Below, one piece after another: positions 1 to 9,747 of a DNA stretch of 64,000 bases. The first letter of the stretch is position 1; each line of letters starts with the position of its first letter. The notes under the pieces are model-generated. The model did not search any database, was not told the origin of the DNA, and saw nothing but the letters and a program-made list of their open reading frames with translations. Source of the DNA: a virus; the IMG/VR virus record IMGVR_UViG_3300030060_008003, positions 27,502 through 91,501 of that record, one strand, 5' to 3'. Both the position numbers and the translations under genes were made by a program.

Positions 1-27
1 AAAATATATTATATCAGCCCTAACTCA

Positions 28-366
28 ATGATAATGCAACAAAAAAAGAATAAGCTTAAAACTGCAGGTTATTTTATTAAGAGATTAAAAGATAACGACT
101 TCGTAACGTTACGAATATTTGACAAATATAGTGAATCAGATCCACGAAAGTGGACTGTTTTGGTCGACCCGGGAGGAGCTTCTGTTTTTGTTACATGTTT
201 TGAGAATACTCCATTTAAGGGAGAATATCTGTTTAACTTTAATGATGGAAATCAAATATTCAATAATAATTTTAGCTTAAAAACTGATTCTATTGAGGTT
301 GTTGTAAGTAAGTTATTAAAATCGGGAGTGCAGCAAAAGGATAAGAATGATTTTTTGAATAAATAA
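28..366 (+). CDS. hypothetical protein
   Basis: 112-aa ORF in the same direction as downstream genes; start could be 28 or 34. Confidence 0.7.
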   Translation: MIMQQKKNKLKTAGYFIKRLKDNDFVTLRIFDKYSESDPRKWTVLVDPGGASVFVTCFENTPFKGEYLFNFNDGNQIFNNNFSLKTDSIEVVVSKLLKSGVQQKDKNDFLNK

Positions 367-370
367 TTAT

Positions 371-715
371 ATGAGTGATGATCAACCAGAAAAAGATTCC
401 GAAGATTTTGAGGATCCGGTTGAAAATGATGAGGAATTAAGAGAATTGGTTGAAAAAGCTCTTAAGCAAAGTTTAGTTGAGAAAAAAACATTTAAGAGAA
501 GACAAGATTTAGCGCACAGACTAAGCAACATTATTAGCGAATATTTAGATTGTTATATTTTATTAGGTTATGATTTTCAAGGGCAATATTTAGACATTAA
601 AGCGTCTAAAACACCACAACAACAAGAAGCATTACATTCGTTTTTATTAAAATACTTTGCATCTGAAATGCATCATATAAAAGGTCATGGGTTCGGTCCA
701 GATGAAATATCGTAA
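371..715 (+). CDS. hypothetical acidic protein
   Basis: ORF preceded by TAAATA (360-365) 5 nt before the ATG. Confidence 0.75.
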   Translation: MSDDQPEKDSEDFEDPVENDEELRELVEKALKQSLVEKKTFKRRQDLAHRLSNIISEYLDCYILLGYDFQGQYLDIKASKTPQQQEALHSFLLKYFASEMHHIKGHGFGPDEIS

Positions 716-1043
716 AAGAGATATATACGCAGTTGAGACGGGAGACTACGTAGGTAAAATGTTTGCAGTGGTAAAATTAAAAAAAGACACTATTGGCTGT
801 CTTATTTTACCACAAATGGAAAACGTTGATGTTCCGATAGAATCATTTGATAACGGAAGGAACAATGATATAATTAAATTAGTAGAGAAGCTTCCTAAAG
901 ACGTGTATTCTGTTATAGAGGCTCAATATAATAAAAATGAAAACTCTAATAATAGACGGGAACAATTTAATACACCGAACATATCATACAGCGAAAATCC
1001 AGTCGAAGAAGACGAAGAATCACACGGATTACCAAGTAAGTAA
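702..1043 (+). CDS. hypothetical protein
   Basis: ORF; ATG at 702 (MKYRKRD...) preferred over 687; acidic tail overlaps the next gene. Confidence 0.6.
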   Translation: MKYRKRDIYAVETGDYVGKMFAVVKLKKDTIGCLILPQMENVDVPIESFDNGRNNDIIKLVEKLPKDVYSVIEAQYNKNENSNNRREQFNTPNISYSENPVEEDEESHGLPSK

Positions 1044-1821
1044 CTTCCATATTTACTTTACGCTTAACGCTGTTAGCTCCTACGTGAAGCAGTTTGTTCC
1101 TGATACTACAATATTTGTATGGGATGAAAAGCAAGACTATAAACCCAATATACGAAAGAGTATCCTTAAGGAATATAAGGGTAATCGATCTAAAGATTCT
1201 TCACCTCATCAAAATAACGAGGTAATTAAGTCCATACTCTACTCAATGGGTATCAATTCTATCTTTCCTCGCGAACTAGAGGCAGATGATATTGTTGCAT
1301 ACATTTGTAGAGAGCACGAAGGTTCAAAAGTAATTATCTCAGTAGATAGAGACTTTCTGCAGTTAGTTAGTTCCGAGTGTACCTTATACGATCCGATACG
1401 TAAGAGATTCTTTGAAGATAGTAATTTTGAAGAGCAGACAGGATATAAGGATGTTGAGCAATGGTTTACTGCAAAATGTTTAACAGGTGATAAGTCGGAT
1501 AATGTACCAGGTATACCTCGCTTTGGTAAAGCTTCAGTTAAAAAATATTTTGAAGATCCTGGATTTATGCTAGATGATTCTCAACGCGAAATATTCAAAC
1601 GAAACGTAGATATATTTTGTTTAGATAAGTATGAGTCTCTACCTGATGAAGCACAATACTATAAAGATCAATTAGCTGTTAAAGTTGATCCTTCATATAA
1701 GGTATTTCTTGAATATTGTGAGGAATATTCCTTTAAGAGAATTCTAGATAAAAAAGAAGATTGGCATAATTTGTTTTTCATGAAAAGCTTATATAATAAG
1801 TTAAATGATATCGCTTCCTGA
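937..1821 (+). CDS. rnh: T4 RNase H-like 5'-3' exonuclease (FEN/PIN fold)
   Basis: IIDGNNL, YKGNR, EADD, SVDRDFLQL and GDKSDNVPGI motifs. Confidence 0.92.
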   Translation: MKTLIIDGNNLIHRTYHTAKIQSKKTKNHTDYQVSNFHIYFTLNAVSSYVKQFVPDTTIFVWDEKQDYKPNIRKSILKEYKGNRSKDSSPHQNNEVIKSILYSMGINSIFPRELEADDIVAYICREHEGSKVIISVDRDFLQLVSSECTLYDPIRKRFFEDSNFEEQTGYKDVEQWFTAKCLTGDKSDNVPGIPRFGKASVKKYFEDPGFMLDDSQREIFKRNVDIFCLDKYESLPDEAQYYKDQLAVKVDPSYKVFLEYCEEYSFKRILDKKEDWHNLFFMKSLYNKLNDIAS

Positions 1822-2866
1822 AGATTTTGTTATACTAAAATTCTTTGAGCTAGGTTTTTATCCTAAGTATAACAAATTTAATAACGTCTACCAATGCAGC
1901 TGCCCTATCTGCAGAGAAGGTAAGTCGTTAGGTAAAAAAAGACGATGTTATTATATACCTAAAAATGAGAATATATTTTGTCATAACTGTGGATGGTCTG
2001 GTAAACCGTTAAGATGGATAAAAGAGGTATCAGGTACTACAGATAAAGATATAATTAAAGAATTAAAAGATCATGTTCCGGACGCTGCAGATATTATTGA
2101 AAGAAGTGAAGATACTAAACCAAACTTTAAAGTCGCTACCTTACCTAAGGATAGTATTAATTTGTCTGATGAGCTTCAGCTTAACTTTTATAATAGTAGT
2201 AACGTTGTTACAGCTGTTAGACATCTAATTAAAGAGCGGCGATTAGATACAGCGATAAATAAACCTTCATCGTTATATGTATCATTAACTGATATGGTAC
2301 ATAAAAATAGACTCGTTATACCCTTCTTTAACGAGCATGATGAAATTGAGTTCTATCAAACAAGGACGGTTCTAAACAAAGATAATAAAGTTAAACCGAA
2401 ATACTTAGGAAAGGTAAATGCTGAAAAAACTCTCTTTAATATTGATCGTGTAAGTAATGATCATGACTGCGTTTATATATTTGAAGGACCGATTAATGCT
2501 TTTTTTACGAAAAATTCAATTGCTGTAGCAGGTATTACTGAACGTGGTAAATCATTTACACAGCGACAAGAGGAGCAGTTAAATACAACGCTTAAATGGT
2601 ATGATAAGACGTGGATACTTGATTCACAGTGGGTTGATCAAGCATCCTTAGTAAAGTCTGAAGTACTACTCAAACAAGGGGAGAGAGTGTTTATATGGCC
2701 GGAAAAGTTTGGCAAGAGATTTAAAGACTTTAATGATATTGCTATTGCTTGTAAGATAGATGAAATAAAGTGGAGCTTTATAGAAAAAAATACCTTCGAC
2801 GGAATCGAAGGTATTGTGAGATTATCTGAGATTAAAAAGTACCGTAATCAAACGTATTTAAATTGA
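1805..2866 (+). CDS. gp61: DNA primase, T4 gp61-like
   Basis: Zn finger CPIC...CHNC, RLVIPFF, PKY, TOPRIM FEGP, KDFND. Confidence 0.88.
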   Translation: MISLPEDFVILKFFELGFYPKYNKFNNVYQCSCPICREGKSLGKKRRCYYIPKNENIFCHNCGWSGKPLRWIKEVSGTTDKDIIKELKDHVPDAADIIERSEDTKPNFKVATLPKDSINLSDELQLNFYNSSNVVTAVRHLIKERRLDTAINKPSSLYVSLTDMVHKNRLVIPFFNEHDEIEFYQTRTVLNKDNKVKPKYLGKVNAEKTLFNIDRVSNDHDCVYIFEGPINAFFTKNSIAVAGITERGKSFTQRQEEQLNTTLKWYDKTWILDSQWVDQASLVKSEVLLKQGERVFIWPEKFGKRFKDFNDIAIACKIDEIKWSFIEKNTFDGIEGIVRLSEIKKYRNQTYLN

Positions 2867-3285
2867 GCATTTCCAGTTTGAGCGATATAACCCTTAAAGG
2901 ACTCATTTAGAGCAGCAAGCTCTGTAGCAACTCTAGCAATTTTACGTTGCTCGGAAGCTTTCATACGGTCAAAGATTGTATCGGGTTCGGCATTAGCTAA
3001 TAAAGTTTGAATAGAGTCTGGAGAAGAGCCGTTTAAGTACTCTAGAAACTGCTCAATTTCACCAACCCAACCTTCAAGCTTAGTTCTCATAGCCGCGTTG
3101 CGCTCACTAACAGCTTGTGCAGCCTTTACATTTGGATCTTCATCAACAGCAACTTCATCAACTTCAACATCTACGTCAAAATCACCAGCTTCAGTATTAT
3201 CCTCTAACTCCGCTTCAAAAGCTGCTCTCTCCTCTTCAGCTTGCTCGTTAAGAGATTTTAAAAAACGTTTCTCAAATTTGGTCAT
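2848..3285 (-). CDS. hypothetical acidic/coiled-coil late protein, possibly a head internal protein
   Basis: TAAATA 5 nt upstream of the ATG; leader MTKFEKRFLKSLNE. Confidence 0.75.
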   Translation of the reverse strand: MTKFEKRFLKSLNEQAEEERAAFEAELEDNTEAGDFDVDVEVDEVAVDEDPNVKAAQAVSERNAAMRTKLEGWVGEIEQFLEYLNGSSPDSIQTLLANAEPDTIFDRMKASEQRKIARVATELAALNESFKGYIAQTGNAQFKYV

Positions 3286-3317
3286 AAAATTATTTAGTCT
3301 CTAGCATAAATAATTAC

Positions 3318-3644
3318 ATGGATGGACCAGAATTTCCTTACAGTGTAGGCCCAGAAGATAAGCCTATCAACTTTCATATGAATGCTTCAGATCAAATGGG
3401 TATGTATAAGGATAATGAAAAACACCAAAAAGCTCCACCTATTTTACCGTATCACTTACAGCAAATGAATCAGCTCCTAGGAGACACGTTTACAAATTTA
3501 GTTGAAGTAAGAAATATGTTAGCCGCGGCAAAATCTAATGAAAATATTGCTGGTGGTGTTATTGATCAAATTAACAATAAAATTGATCAAATTAACGAAC
3601 TACTACTTGATATTCCGGAGGATATGGCTAAAATAGCTATATGA
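3318..3644 (+). CDS. hypothetical helical protein
   Basis: TAAATA (3307-3312) 5 nt upstream; ATGA overlap with the next gene. Confidence 0.75.
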   Translation: MDGPEFPYSVGPEDKPINFHMNASDQMGMYKDNEKHQKAPPILPYHLQQMNQLLGDTFTNLVEVRNMLAAAKSNENIAGGVIDQINNKIDQINELLLDIPEDMAKIAI

Positions 3645-4096
3645 CTATCTTAAGGTCGCTTTTTATTACCATATTAGTATCTCTTGCTATTGGTTTTGGA
3701 TTACGTAATATATTTGGATTTTGGGAGACTGCAGTTCTCGTATTTGTTTGCCAGTTTTTAATTGCTTTTATTGTTTCATCTCTAAAGATTAACAGAGTAG
3801 ATAATCTTACTGCAGAGTTTGAAGGAGAATTACAACAACTTCTTGATCTCAATGAAGCGACAATTGTATGCCCATGTAATAATAATACCTTTCAGCAAAA
3901 TGTATTTATTAATATGGATAATACATTTACTTGTGACAAATGTAATAACACATATAGAATAGATGTTAACTTAGTACCGACACTCCTAACAGAAACTATT
4001 GATGTTAATAAGACATTTACTGATTTAGCTAAAGAAATAAAAGAAAGCGATGATATAAAAATAACATCTGACTATAAGCCAGGAACGGAACTATAA
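3641..4096 (+). CDS. membrane protein with Zn-ribbon-like CxC...CxxC
   Basis: two hydrophobic N-terminal segments; CPCNN...CDKC. Confidence 0.7.
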   Translation: MTILRSLFITILVSLAIGFGLRNIFGFWETAVLVFVCQFLIAFIVSSLKINRVDNLTAEFEGELQQLLDLNEATIVCPCNNNTFQQNVFINMDNTFTCDKCNNTYRIDVNLVPTLLTETIDVNKTFTDLAKEIKESDDIKITSDYKPGTEL

Positions 4097-4102
4097 TATA
4101 AT
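4087..4102 (+). promoter_or_regulatory. GGAAC-N5-TATAAT promoter
   Basis: GGAAC TATAA TATAAT, ATG 6 nt later. Confidence 0.65.
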
Positions 4103-4108
4103 TATATT

Positions 4109-4342
4109 ATGAATAAACATGAATTTAAACTGAAAGACGGTACAACGAAGACGATGGACTTTGATGAACTAGTTCGTTGGGCTTGTCTAATTGAAGCGCT
4201 TGAAGTAGTAGGTGGTAGAGAAGATATCGATATTGAAAGTAATAACTGGATTAAGCCTCTCGCTTTTCAAAAGTATATTGATGAAAGATTTCATTCAATG
4301 AAGCATGATCTCAAGGTAGAAGCTACTTTAGGTAACTTATAA
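4109..4342 (+). CDS. hypothetical protein
   Basis: ORF preceded by GGAAC-N5-TATAAT-N6-ATG. Confidence 0.75.
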   Translation: MNKHEFKLKDGTTKTMDFDELVRWACLIEALEVVGGREDIDIESNNWIKPLAFQKYIDERFHSMKHDLKVEATLGNL

Positions 4343-5164
4343 ACCTAATTCTTCTTTTACAGTTTGGATATATTCTGCTGATACTTTGTCTTTAAATCTT
4401 TTGATTATTTCATTAGTATCTTTTCCAATTTCTTGGAATCCAATCATATAATTACGGAATCTATCTTCTTTAGTTGGGCGATAAGGAACACCAGTGGGTC
4501 TACCAAAGCGATGTAACCATCGAAGAAATGGTAAACAAACAGCCTTTCGCCCAGCTAATCTATATTTTTCATGAATATAGCCTTCTTCACCACCAAACCC
4601 TCTAAACTTTTTATTAAAGCCTAACCAGCTATCTTTTCTACATGTAAATAAACCTAAACCTTGTGCTGGTATTTCAAATGGTTTATTATTAGGATCTTTA
4701 CCTCGTTTATCTGTATCCCAAACACCCCACATATCACTGCCCCACTTATCGAGATTAAAGTGGGTGCTTACGTTCTTCATATCATCGTATATTAACGGTC
4801 CCTGTAAAAGGTTTTGATGATCTTTACCCGCGTCGTAAAAATCTAAAAGCTTTTTTAAGCTGCCAGGATCTAATAATACATGACAATCTAATACTAATAC
4901 GTATTCAGTGTTAGCTAAACCAAATATTTTATCTCTTAAAGAGGTTGCTGAAAAACCATCAAACTCAACATATGTTACAGGCTCTTTAAGCCAGTCGACA
5001 AACTTACGGATCTCTCTTCCTTGTGCTGATTTAGGATTATTGTTAATGATAACAAATTCTAACCTATCTAATACCTCTTTATGGTGTAATCTTAAGGATT
5101 GAATTGTAAAATAGAGACCTTCATAGTCATCGTAAACGCAAGTTCCAATAGTTAGTTTTCCCAC
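4337..5164 (-). CDS. glycosyltransferase, GT2/GT-A fold
   Basis: LTIGTCVYDD, EFVIINN, YVLVLDCH (DxH variant of DxD), FRGFGGEE. Confidence 0.8.
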   Translation of the reverse strand: MGKLTIGTCVYDDYEGLYFTIQSLRLHHKEVLDRLEFVIINNNPKSAQGREIRKFVDWLKEPVTYVEFDGFSATSLRDKIFGLANTEYVLVLDCHVLLDPGSLKKLLDFYDAGKDHQNLLQGPLIYDDMKNVSTHFNLDKWGSDMWGVWDTDKRGKDPNNKPFEIPAQGLGLFTCRKDSWLGFNKKFRGFGGEEGYIHEKYRLAGRKAVCLPFLRWLHRFGRPTGVPYRPTKEDRFRNYMIGFQEIGKDTNEIIKRFKDKVSAEYIQTVKEELGL

Positions 5165-5175
5165 ACTAATAATTA

Positions 5176-8100
5176 CTAAAACTGCAAGTTATTGCAATCT
5201 TCATCCTCCGGACAAATAGTTGTAGTCACCGTTAATACAGGAGGAACTGTCGTTGTCGTAGTAGTTGTCGTTGTCGTAGTAGTCGTAGTTGTAAGCTCGT
5301 CCATTATGAACGGTGTTTGTAACGGTAAAATAGGAGCCGGATATATAAATGTCGGTGGTTCCGGTGGTTCTGGCGGTTCCGGTGGTTCCGGTGGTTCGGG
5401 AGGCAGAGTAACTACTGGGTCACGAGGGTCCGGAGGACCGCCAAAGTCATTCGGTGTAACAATATGTGGTGGAATAGTCGTACACGGAGGTGGAGGAGTA
5501 GTATATACTGGCGGCGTCGTATACGGGGGAGTAGTGTACGGAGGTGTAGTGTATGGGGGTGTCGTATACGGAGGAGTAGTTTTATAAGGTGGTTCAGTTG
5601 TAGGATCTTCATATATCCTAAAATCACTACCACTTCCGTCAGTTGGATCAGAAAATATTAATCCAGGTAAATCAATTGTTATATCAATCGGGCTACCGTT
5701 TAATGAACCATCTGATTCGTCATCTGGCTCAGGGTAAGGATTATAGCATATACCCTCTTCATTACGCCTCCAGCCATCAGGGCAAACATCCACACATTCT
5801 CCGTTAACTCTTTCCTTACCTTCAGGACACGGTGGTGGGGTTACTGGAGGCGTTGTATCATCCGGTGGAGGAGTCGTACCATCATCCGGTGGAGGAGTCG
5901 TACCATCATCCGGTGGAGGAGTTGTATAACCACCACCTGGATCAGGTGTAGTGTCTGTACCGTCCCCTGCACCCTTTAAAAGTTCTTCATCAATATCAAC
6001 TGTGTTAGGTGTATAATCACCACCGTACACACCCATCGTTTCACCTGCTAGTCTAGTTATTGCATTGTTTATAAGCTCCTGTATTGCAAGTGTACCGTAG
6101 AAAGGACCACCGCTAGTAGTAAAATGAGTTTCAATTAGAATCGGTGTATTATTTGTATATATAAAAGTAGGGGAACTACTATCGCCTTTTTGTAATGGTT
6201 CATTGATGTAATTATCAGACTCTCGATATTCTTCGTCAACTTGATCGTGTGGTGGAAATGTAATATTAACACCATTATTAGATCCCCCTCCATATTTTAC
6301 AATAAGCGCTTTTCTTTCTTGATCCGTGCGTACAAAATGACCACCTTTTAGAATTTCTGAATATTCAGTCAAACTCTTAGGTTGAGGTAGTGAGTAAATT
6401 GTTACATTATCAACCGGTTCATTGAGTAAACCAACAGTTACATCATACTTATCAGAACCTCCGACTTCCCGATCTAGATTTTGCGTTAAAACTATCCTTC
6501 TAGTAATTCTATTTCCATTTTTATCTACAAAAACTACTTCACCGCCAAATGGATCATTAGGACCATATAAAACAGGCCAATGTTTTGATATGACGACATG
6601 CTGCGGGGTTATTAATGTAGCTGCCTTTCTCCATGGAGGTGGTCTATCATTTTGATTTTGTGGTGACCATGTTTCTGCACCAGCCTCATTAACTCCGGAA
6701 AAATCTACTTTTGACAGCCCATTACCAAAGTTAATAGGCATTGCATCTAAAAGAACCTTATTTATATTCTTAGCTGTTTGTGATGGCTCTCGCGCAGCTA
6801 GCTGCGACTCTATAGTCTCTGGGTCTTCAAATACTAAATCCGGATTATCGTCTAAAAACTTTTGGATAATACCGAGATCATCGTCTAGAAAACGCATCTG
6901 TATAAGCTTAGCATCCGCCGGCAGATTACTATCTCTGATTTCTACGTACTTTGCGTATGTTTCCTCAGCCAGTTCAACTATTTTTGTCCAGGTTAATAAC
7001 TCTAATTGACTAATTAGCCTTCGTTCACGAGCCTCGAAGCGTTTAGCAGCAATTTCTTCAATTCTAGCCGCTCGATCTATACCTTGTTGTCTTTGAGATT
7101 CTAATTCTAGCTCAGCCTGCGATGTTCGATCCTCTTCTTCTTGTCTTTTCGCTTCAGCACGAGCTTCTGCTTCCTTTACTTTATCATCACTAACTTGCTG
7201 AATAGCTTGTTGTCGAGCTTGAGCTGCATTAAATAAAAACTGATTTATTAATACTGTTGTTGTACCTAACGAATTAATTTGATCAATATACTCTTGCTTT
7301 CTATAATAAGGTATAACATCCTCGCCTAATGAACTTATCGCCCGGTCTTTTATTGCATTAAGTCTTTCGAGCCTTTCTGCTACAACTCGCGCAGCAGCAT
7401 CTGCTGAAGCCTTATCAGCAGCGCGCTGCGCTGCATCCACCGCCCCTTTAAGTGATTCTATTTTTGCAAGTATGCTAACAAAAGCTGCCGCAAGGTTAAG
7501 AGCTGTAATTTTACTAGCATTTGTCCTCTGTGTAATTTGCCAGACAGCTGCTTGACTCCCAACTTGGCCTGTTTTATATGTTTCCTCTGCAAAAACAGCT
7601 GCAGCGTCTATAGCTTGTGATGCGCTTACAATATTATTATAAACATCTGTTATCGCAGTATTTGATAATACATTAAAATTATTAGCTGTAGTTAACCATT
7701 GGTTAACACTCATCAAAGCCATAGCAACCTTTCCATTTGCTAAGTTCGCTGAGTCTCTGGCTCTTTCAGCCATGTCATTTAGATTTGTAACTCGATCTAC
7801 AAAACTTTGCGGAAATTCATTAGGCCTTCTTTGATTTTGTGCTCTTAATGACAAGCCAAGTGTTCCGGGTGAGTAACCGCGACCTCCGGAGGCGTTCGTA
7901 CCTGCTCCAATTGTATTCTCAGCAGCAGTAACTGATTCTTCAGCTAACACAGCTGCCGCTGCTAACGGATCGCGTATTGTATCAACAATATCACTCTTAC
8001 TAATCGTAACAGTTTCCGTCTCTGGAGCTGATTCGAGGTCTTCAGTAAGGCCACTTAACCCACTGTCACCAGGATAAGTTACCGTTGGGGTAGTTCCTCC

Positions 8101-8805
8101 CCCTGGTGGAGGTGTAACTTCATCAGGCGGTTGTGTAACACCCGTGTTTTCAACAATAGAAGGACGTGATGGTTCTGATTCCAAAACATCCGTAATAATC
8201 TCTACTTCCCTTACAGTTACCCCCTCGCTCTGTGTATTATTAAAAAGGCCAGATATTAAATCTTGACTCTCTTGATTTAATCCTTCACTCTCTCGAGCCG
8301 GTGGTGGAGTAACACCAGGTGTCGATGGATCGTAATTAGGGTTAGGTATGTTTAAAGTTTGAGATTTAACATATGGCCTACCATCTACAATTTGCTGAAG
8401 AGATACAGTAACATCCATGCTACCGTCTTTAGCAACTTCATCAGCACCTAAAGTTAATCTTGCAGCATTTATAGTTATCTGCGCAGTACCAGCCGATACT
8501 GCTGAATCACCATCTTCAAGTTCTGTCTTATTGTTAAAATCTTCAACAAAATATTCTACTTCCCCATCAAACCCTTTACTCAATGAAACGTAATCAACAT
8601 TAATGACCCCAGTGGTGTTATCAAATGAGCCCTCAACGCCACCAGCGCCGAGTTGCGGATAAGATATAACAGTTACAAAAACGTCTTGTATCTGTACATC
8701 TGGATCTCCTAAATGCACAGAAGCCGGCGCCGGGGTTCCAGACGACAACCCCATTGGATCAGGAGTTGTTTGATATTGAGAAAAATCTGGAGCCGGTGTT
8801 TCCAT
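5176..8805 (-). CDS. large probable virion protein: coiled coil, trypsin-like serine protease domain and Pro/Thr mucin-like tail
   Basis: ATLITPQHVVISKH / YDVTVGLL / GDSSSP triad motifs; TTPP, PPE and poly-Thr repeats. Confidence 0.75.
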   Translation of the reverse strand: METPAPDFSQYQTTPDPMGLSSGTPAPASVHLGDPDVQIQDVFVTVISYPQLGAGGVEGSFDNTTGVINVDYVSLSKGFDGEVEYFVEDFNNKTELEDGDSAVSAGTAQITINAARLTLGADEVAKDGSMDVTVSLQQIVDGRPYVKSQTLNIPNPNYDPSTPGVTPPPARESEGLNQESQDLISGLFNNTQSEGVTVREVEIITDVLESEPSRPSIVENTGVTQPPDEVTPPPGGGTTPTVTYPGDSGLSGLTEDLESAPETETVTISKSDIVDTIRDPLAAAAVLAEESVTAAENTIGAGTNASGGRGYSPGTLGLSLRAQNQRRPNEFPQSFVDRVTNLNDMAERARDSANLANGKVAMALMSVNQWLTTANNFNVLSNTAITDVYNNIVSASQAIDAAAVFAEETYKTGQVGSQAAVWQITQRTNASKITALNLAAAFVSILAKIESLKGAVDAAQRAADKASADAAARVVAERLERLNAIKDRAISSLGEDVIPYYRKQEYIDQINSLGTTTVLINQFLFNAAQARQQAIQQVSDDKVKEAEARAEAKRQEEEDRTSQAELELESQRQQGIDRAARIEEIAAKRFEARERRLISQLELLTWTKIVELAEETYAKYVEIRDSNLPADAKLIQMRFLDDDLGIIQKFLDDNPDLVFEDPETIESQLAAREPSQTAKNINKVLLDAMPINFGNGLSKVDFSGVNEAGAETWSPQNQNDRPPPWRKAATLITPQHVVISKHWPVLYGPNDPFGGEVVFVDKNGNRITRRIVLTQNLDREVGGSDKYDVTVGLLNEPVDNVTIYSLPQPKSLTEYSEILKGGHFVRTDQERKALIVKYGGGSNNGVNITFPPHDQVDEEYRESDNYINEPLQKGDSSSPTFIYTNNTPILIETHFTTSGGPFYGTLAIQELINNAITRLAGETMGVYGGDYTPNTVDIDEELLKGAGDGTDTTPDPGGGYTTPPPDDGTTPPPDDGTTPPPDDTTPPVTPPPCPEGKERVNGECVDVCPDGWRRNEEGICYNPYPEPDDESDGSLNGSPIDITIDLPGLIFSDPTDGSGSDFRIYEDPTTEPPYKTTPPYTTPPYTTPPYTTPPYTTPPVYTTPPPPCTTIPPHIVTPNDFGGPPDPRDPVVTLPPEPPEPPEPPEPPEPPTFIYPAPILPLQTPFIMDELTTTTTTTTTTTTTTTVPPVLTVTTTICPEDEDCNNLQF
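5246..5590 (-). repeat. coding low-complexity repeats: poly-Thr, (PPE)n and (YTTPP)n
   Basis: degenerate 3-, 9- and 15-nt tandem units visible in the DNA and the translation. Confidence 0.9.
5857..5922 (-). repeat. 24-nt tandem repeat, about 2.7 copies, encoding TTPPPDDG
   Basis: atcatccggtggaggagtcgtacc at 5857 and 5881, partial copy at 5905. Confidence 0.9.
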
Positions 8806-9731
8806 TATGCAGTAATATTAGTGACAGTTGTAAATGGATTATTAGGTACAGTACTCAGACTCGGAGTTCGAATAGTTTCAGTAAGTACCTCACTTCCTTC
8901 GTATCCTTCAACATGAAAATTTCTTAAAAAGAAATCTTTTGCGCTCAATTGATAAGCTGCGGCAGTTGATGCATAATTTGCTGAAATTGGAGTAGTAAAG
9001 GCAAATCCACAATAAATGTTTTCTATATTAGAAAGAGTACTATATCTTGTACCGAGGCTAATTGCCGTTAGTAAGGTGTAAGTTGTTGTATCACTCTCAC
9101 GTGAATCAATAAATAGCGTTCGTCCAAGATTAACATATCTAAATCTTAAAGTCCTGTATGTGTCTGTAGATATAGTACTAAACGTAGTAGATATAGAAGA
9201 AAGATGATTATTAACAATTACGTTATGTAAAAAGTCTCGCGTTATAATTGATTCTCTTAATACTTTATTTGGTTGTACCCCGGGTCGATCATCTCTACCT
9301 GTTAACGCGTATTTACCAGTAGAATCAAACGCTACTTTAACTAACATACCACTAAGTACAGCCCCTTCGAGTAAAACTGTAGAATCGCCTTCTGTTTTCA
9401 AAGGTTCAGAAGAGGATAAAACACCTGCTTTGGTATACCCTTCCGTCAGCAGTGCATTTGCTGATAATATAAATTCTGGGTCTTGATCACCAATATATTG
9501 CCCGGGTAGACAAGATAAAGGTCTAGGTAAATTAGTTAAAAACGTTGAAAAACCTAATTCGTAATTATGAGATTTAGCTGTTGCACCAAAACTAGTACTC
9601 GGTAGCTTGTATTGAAAAGACCACGTAATATCATAATTTGAATTAAAAGATTTACCAACTTCGACGAAGGTATAATATCTTGCCTCCGCGGGTAATGATA
9701 TATCTGTTGGAAATCCTGCTAATGCTGCCAT
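8805..9731 (-). CDS. hypothetical virion protein, possibly a beta-sandwich/lectin-like fold
   Basis: TAAATA upstream; beta-rich S/T composition; lies in the structural module. Confidence 0.65.
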   Translation of the reverse strand: MAALAGFPTDISLPAEARYYTFVEVGKSFNSNYDITWSFQYKLPSTSFGATAKSHNYELGFSTFLTNLPRPLSCLPGQYIGDQDPEFILSANALLTEGYTKAGVLSSSEPLKTEGDSTVLLEGAVLSGMLVKVAFDSTGKYALTGRDDRPGVQPNKVLRESIITRDFLHNVIVNNHLSSISTTFSTISTDTYRTLRFRYVNLGRTLFIDSRESDTTTYTLLTAISLGTRYSTLSNIENIYCGFAFTTPISANYASTAAAYQLSAKDFFLRNFHVEGYEGSEVLTETIRTPSLSTVPNNPFTTVTNITA

Positions 9732-9747
9732 ATATATATTTAATTAC

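Noticed and set aside
5192-5661. Val/Gly-rich and Arg-rich ORFs over the repeat region
   Set aside because: Antisense or alternative-frame shadows of the Thr/Pro repeats in the 1209-aa gene
5857-5922. CRISPR-like array
   Set aside because: The repeats are contiguous, have no spacers and are in-frame coding; no cas genes; the nuclease at 54105 is a generic PD-(D/E)xK enzyme
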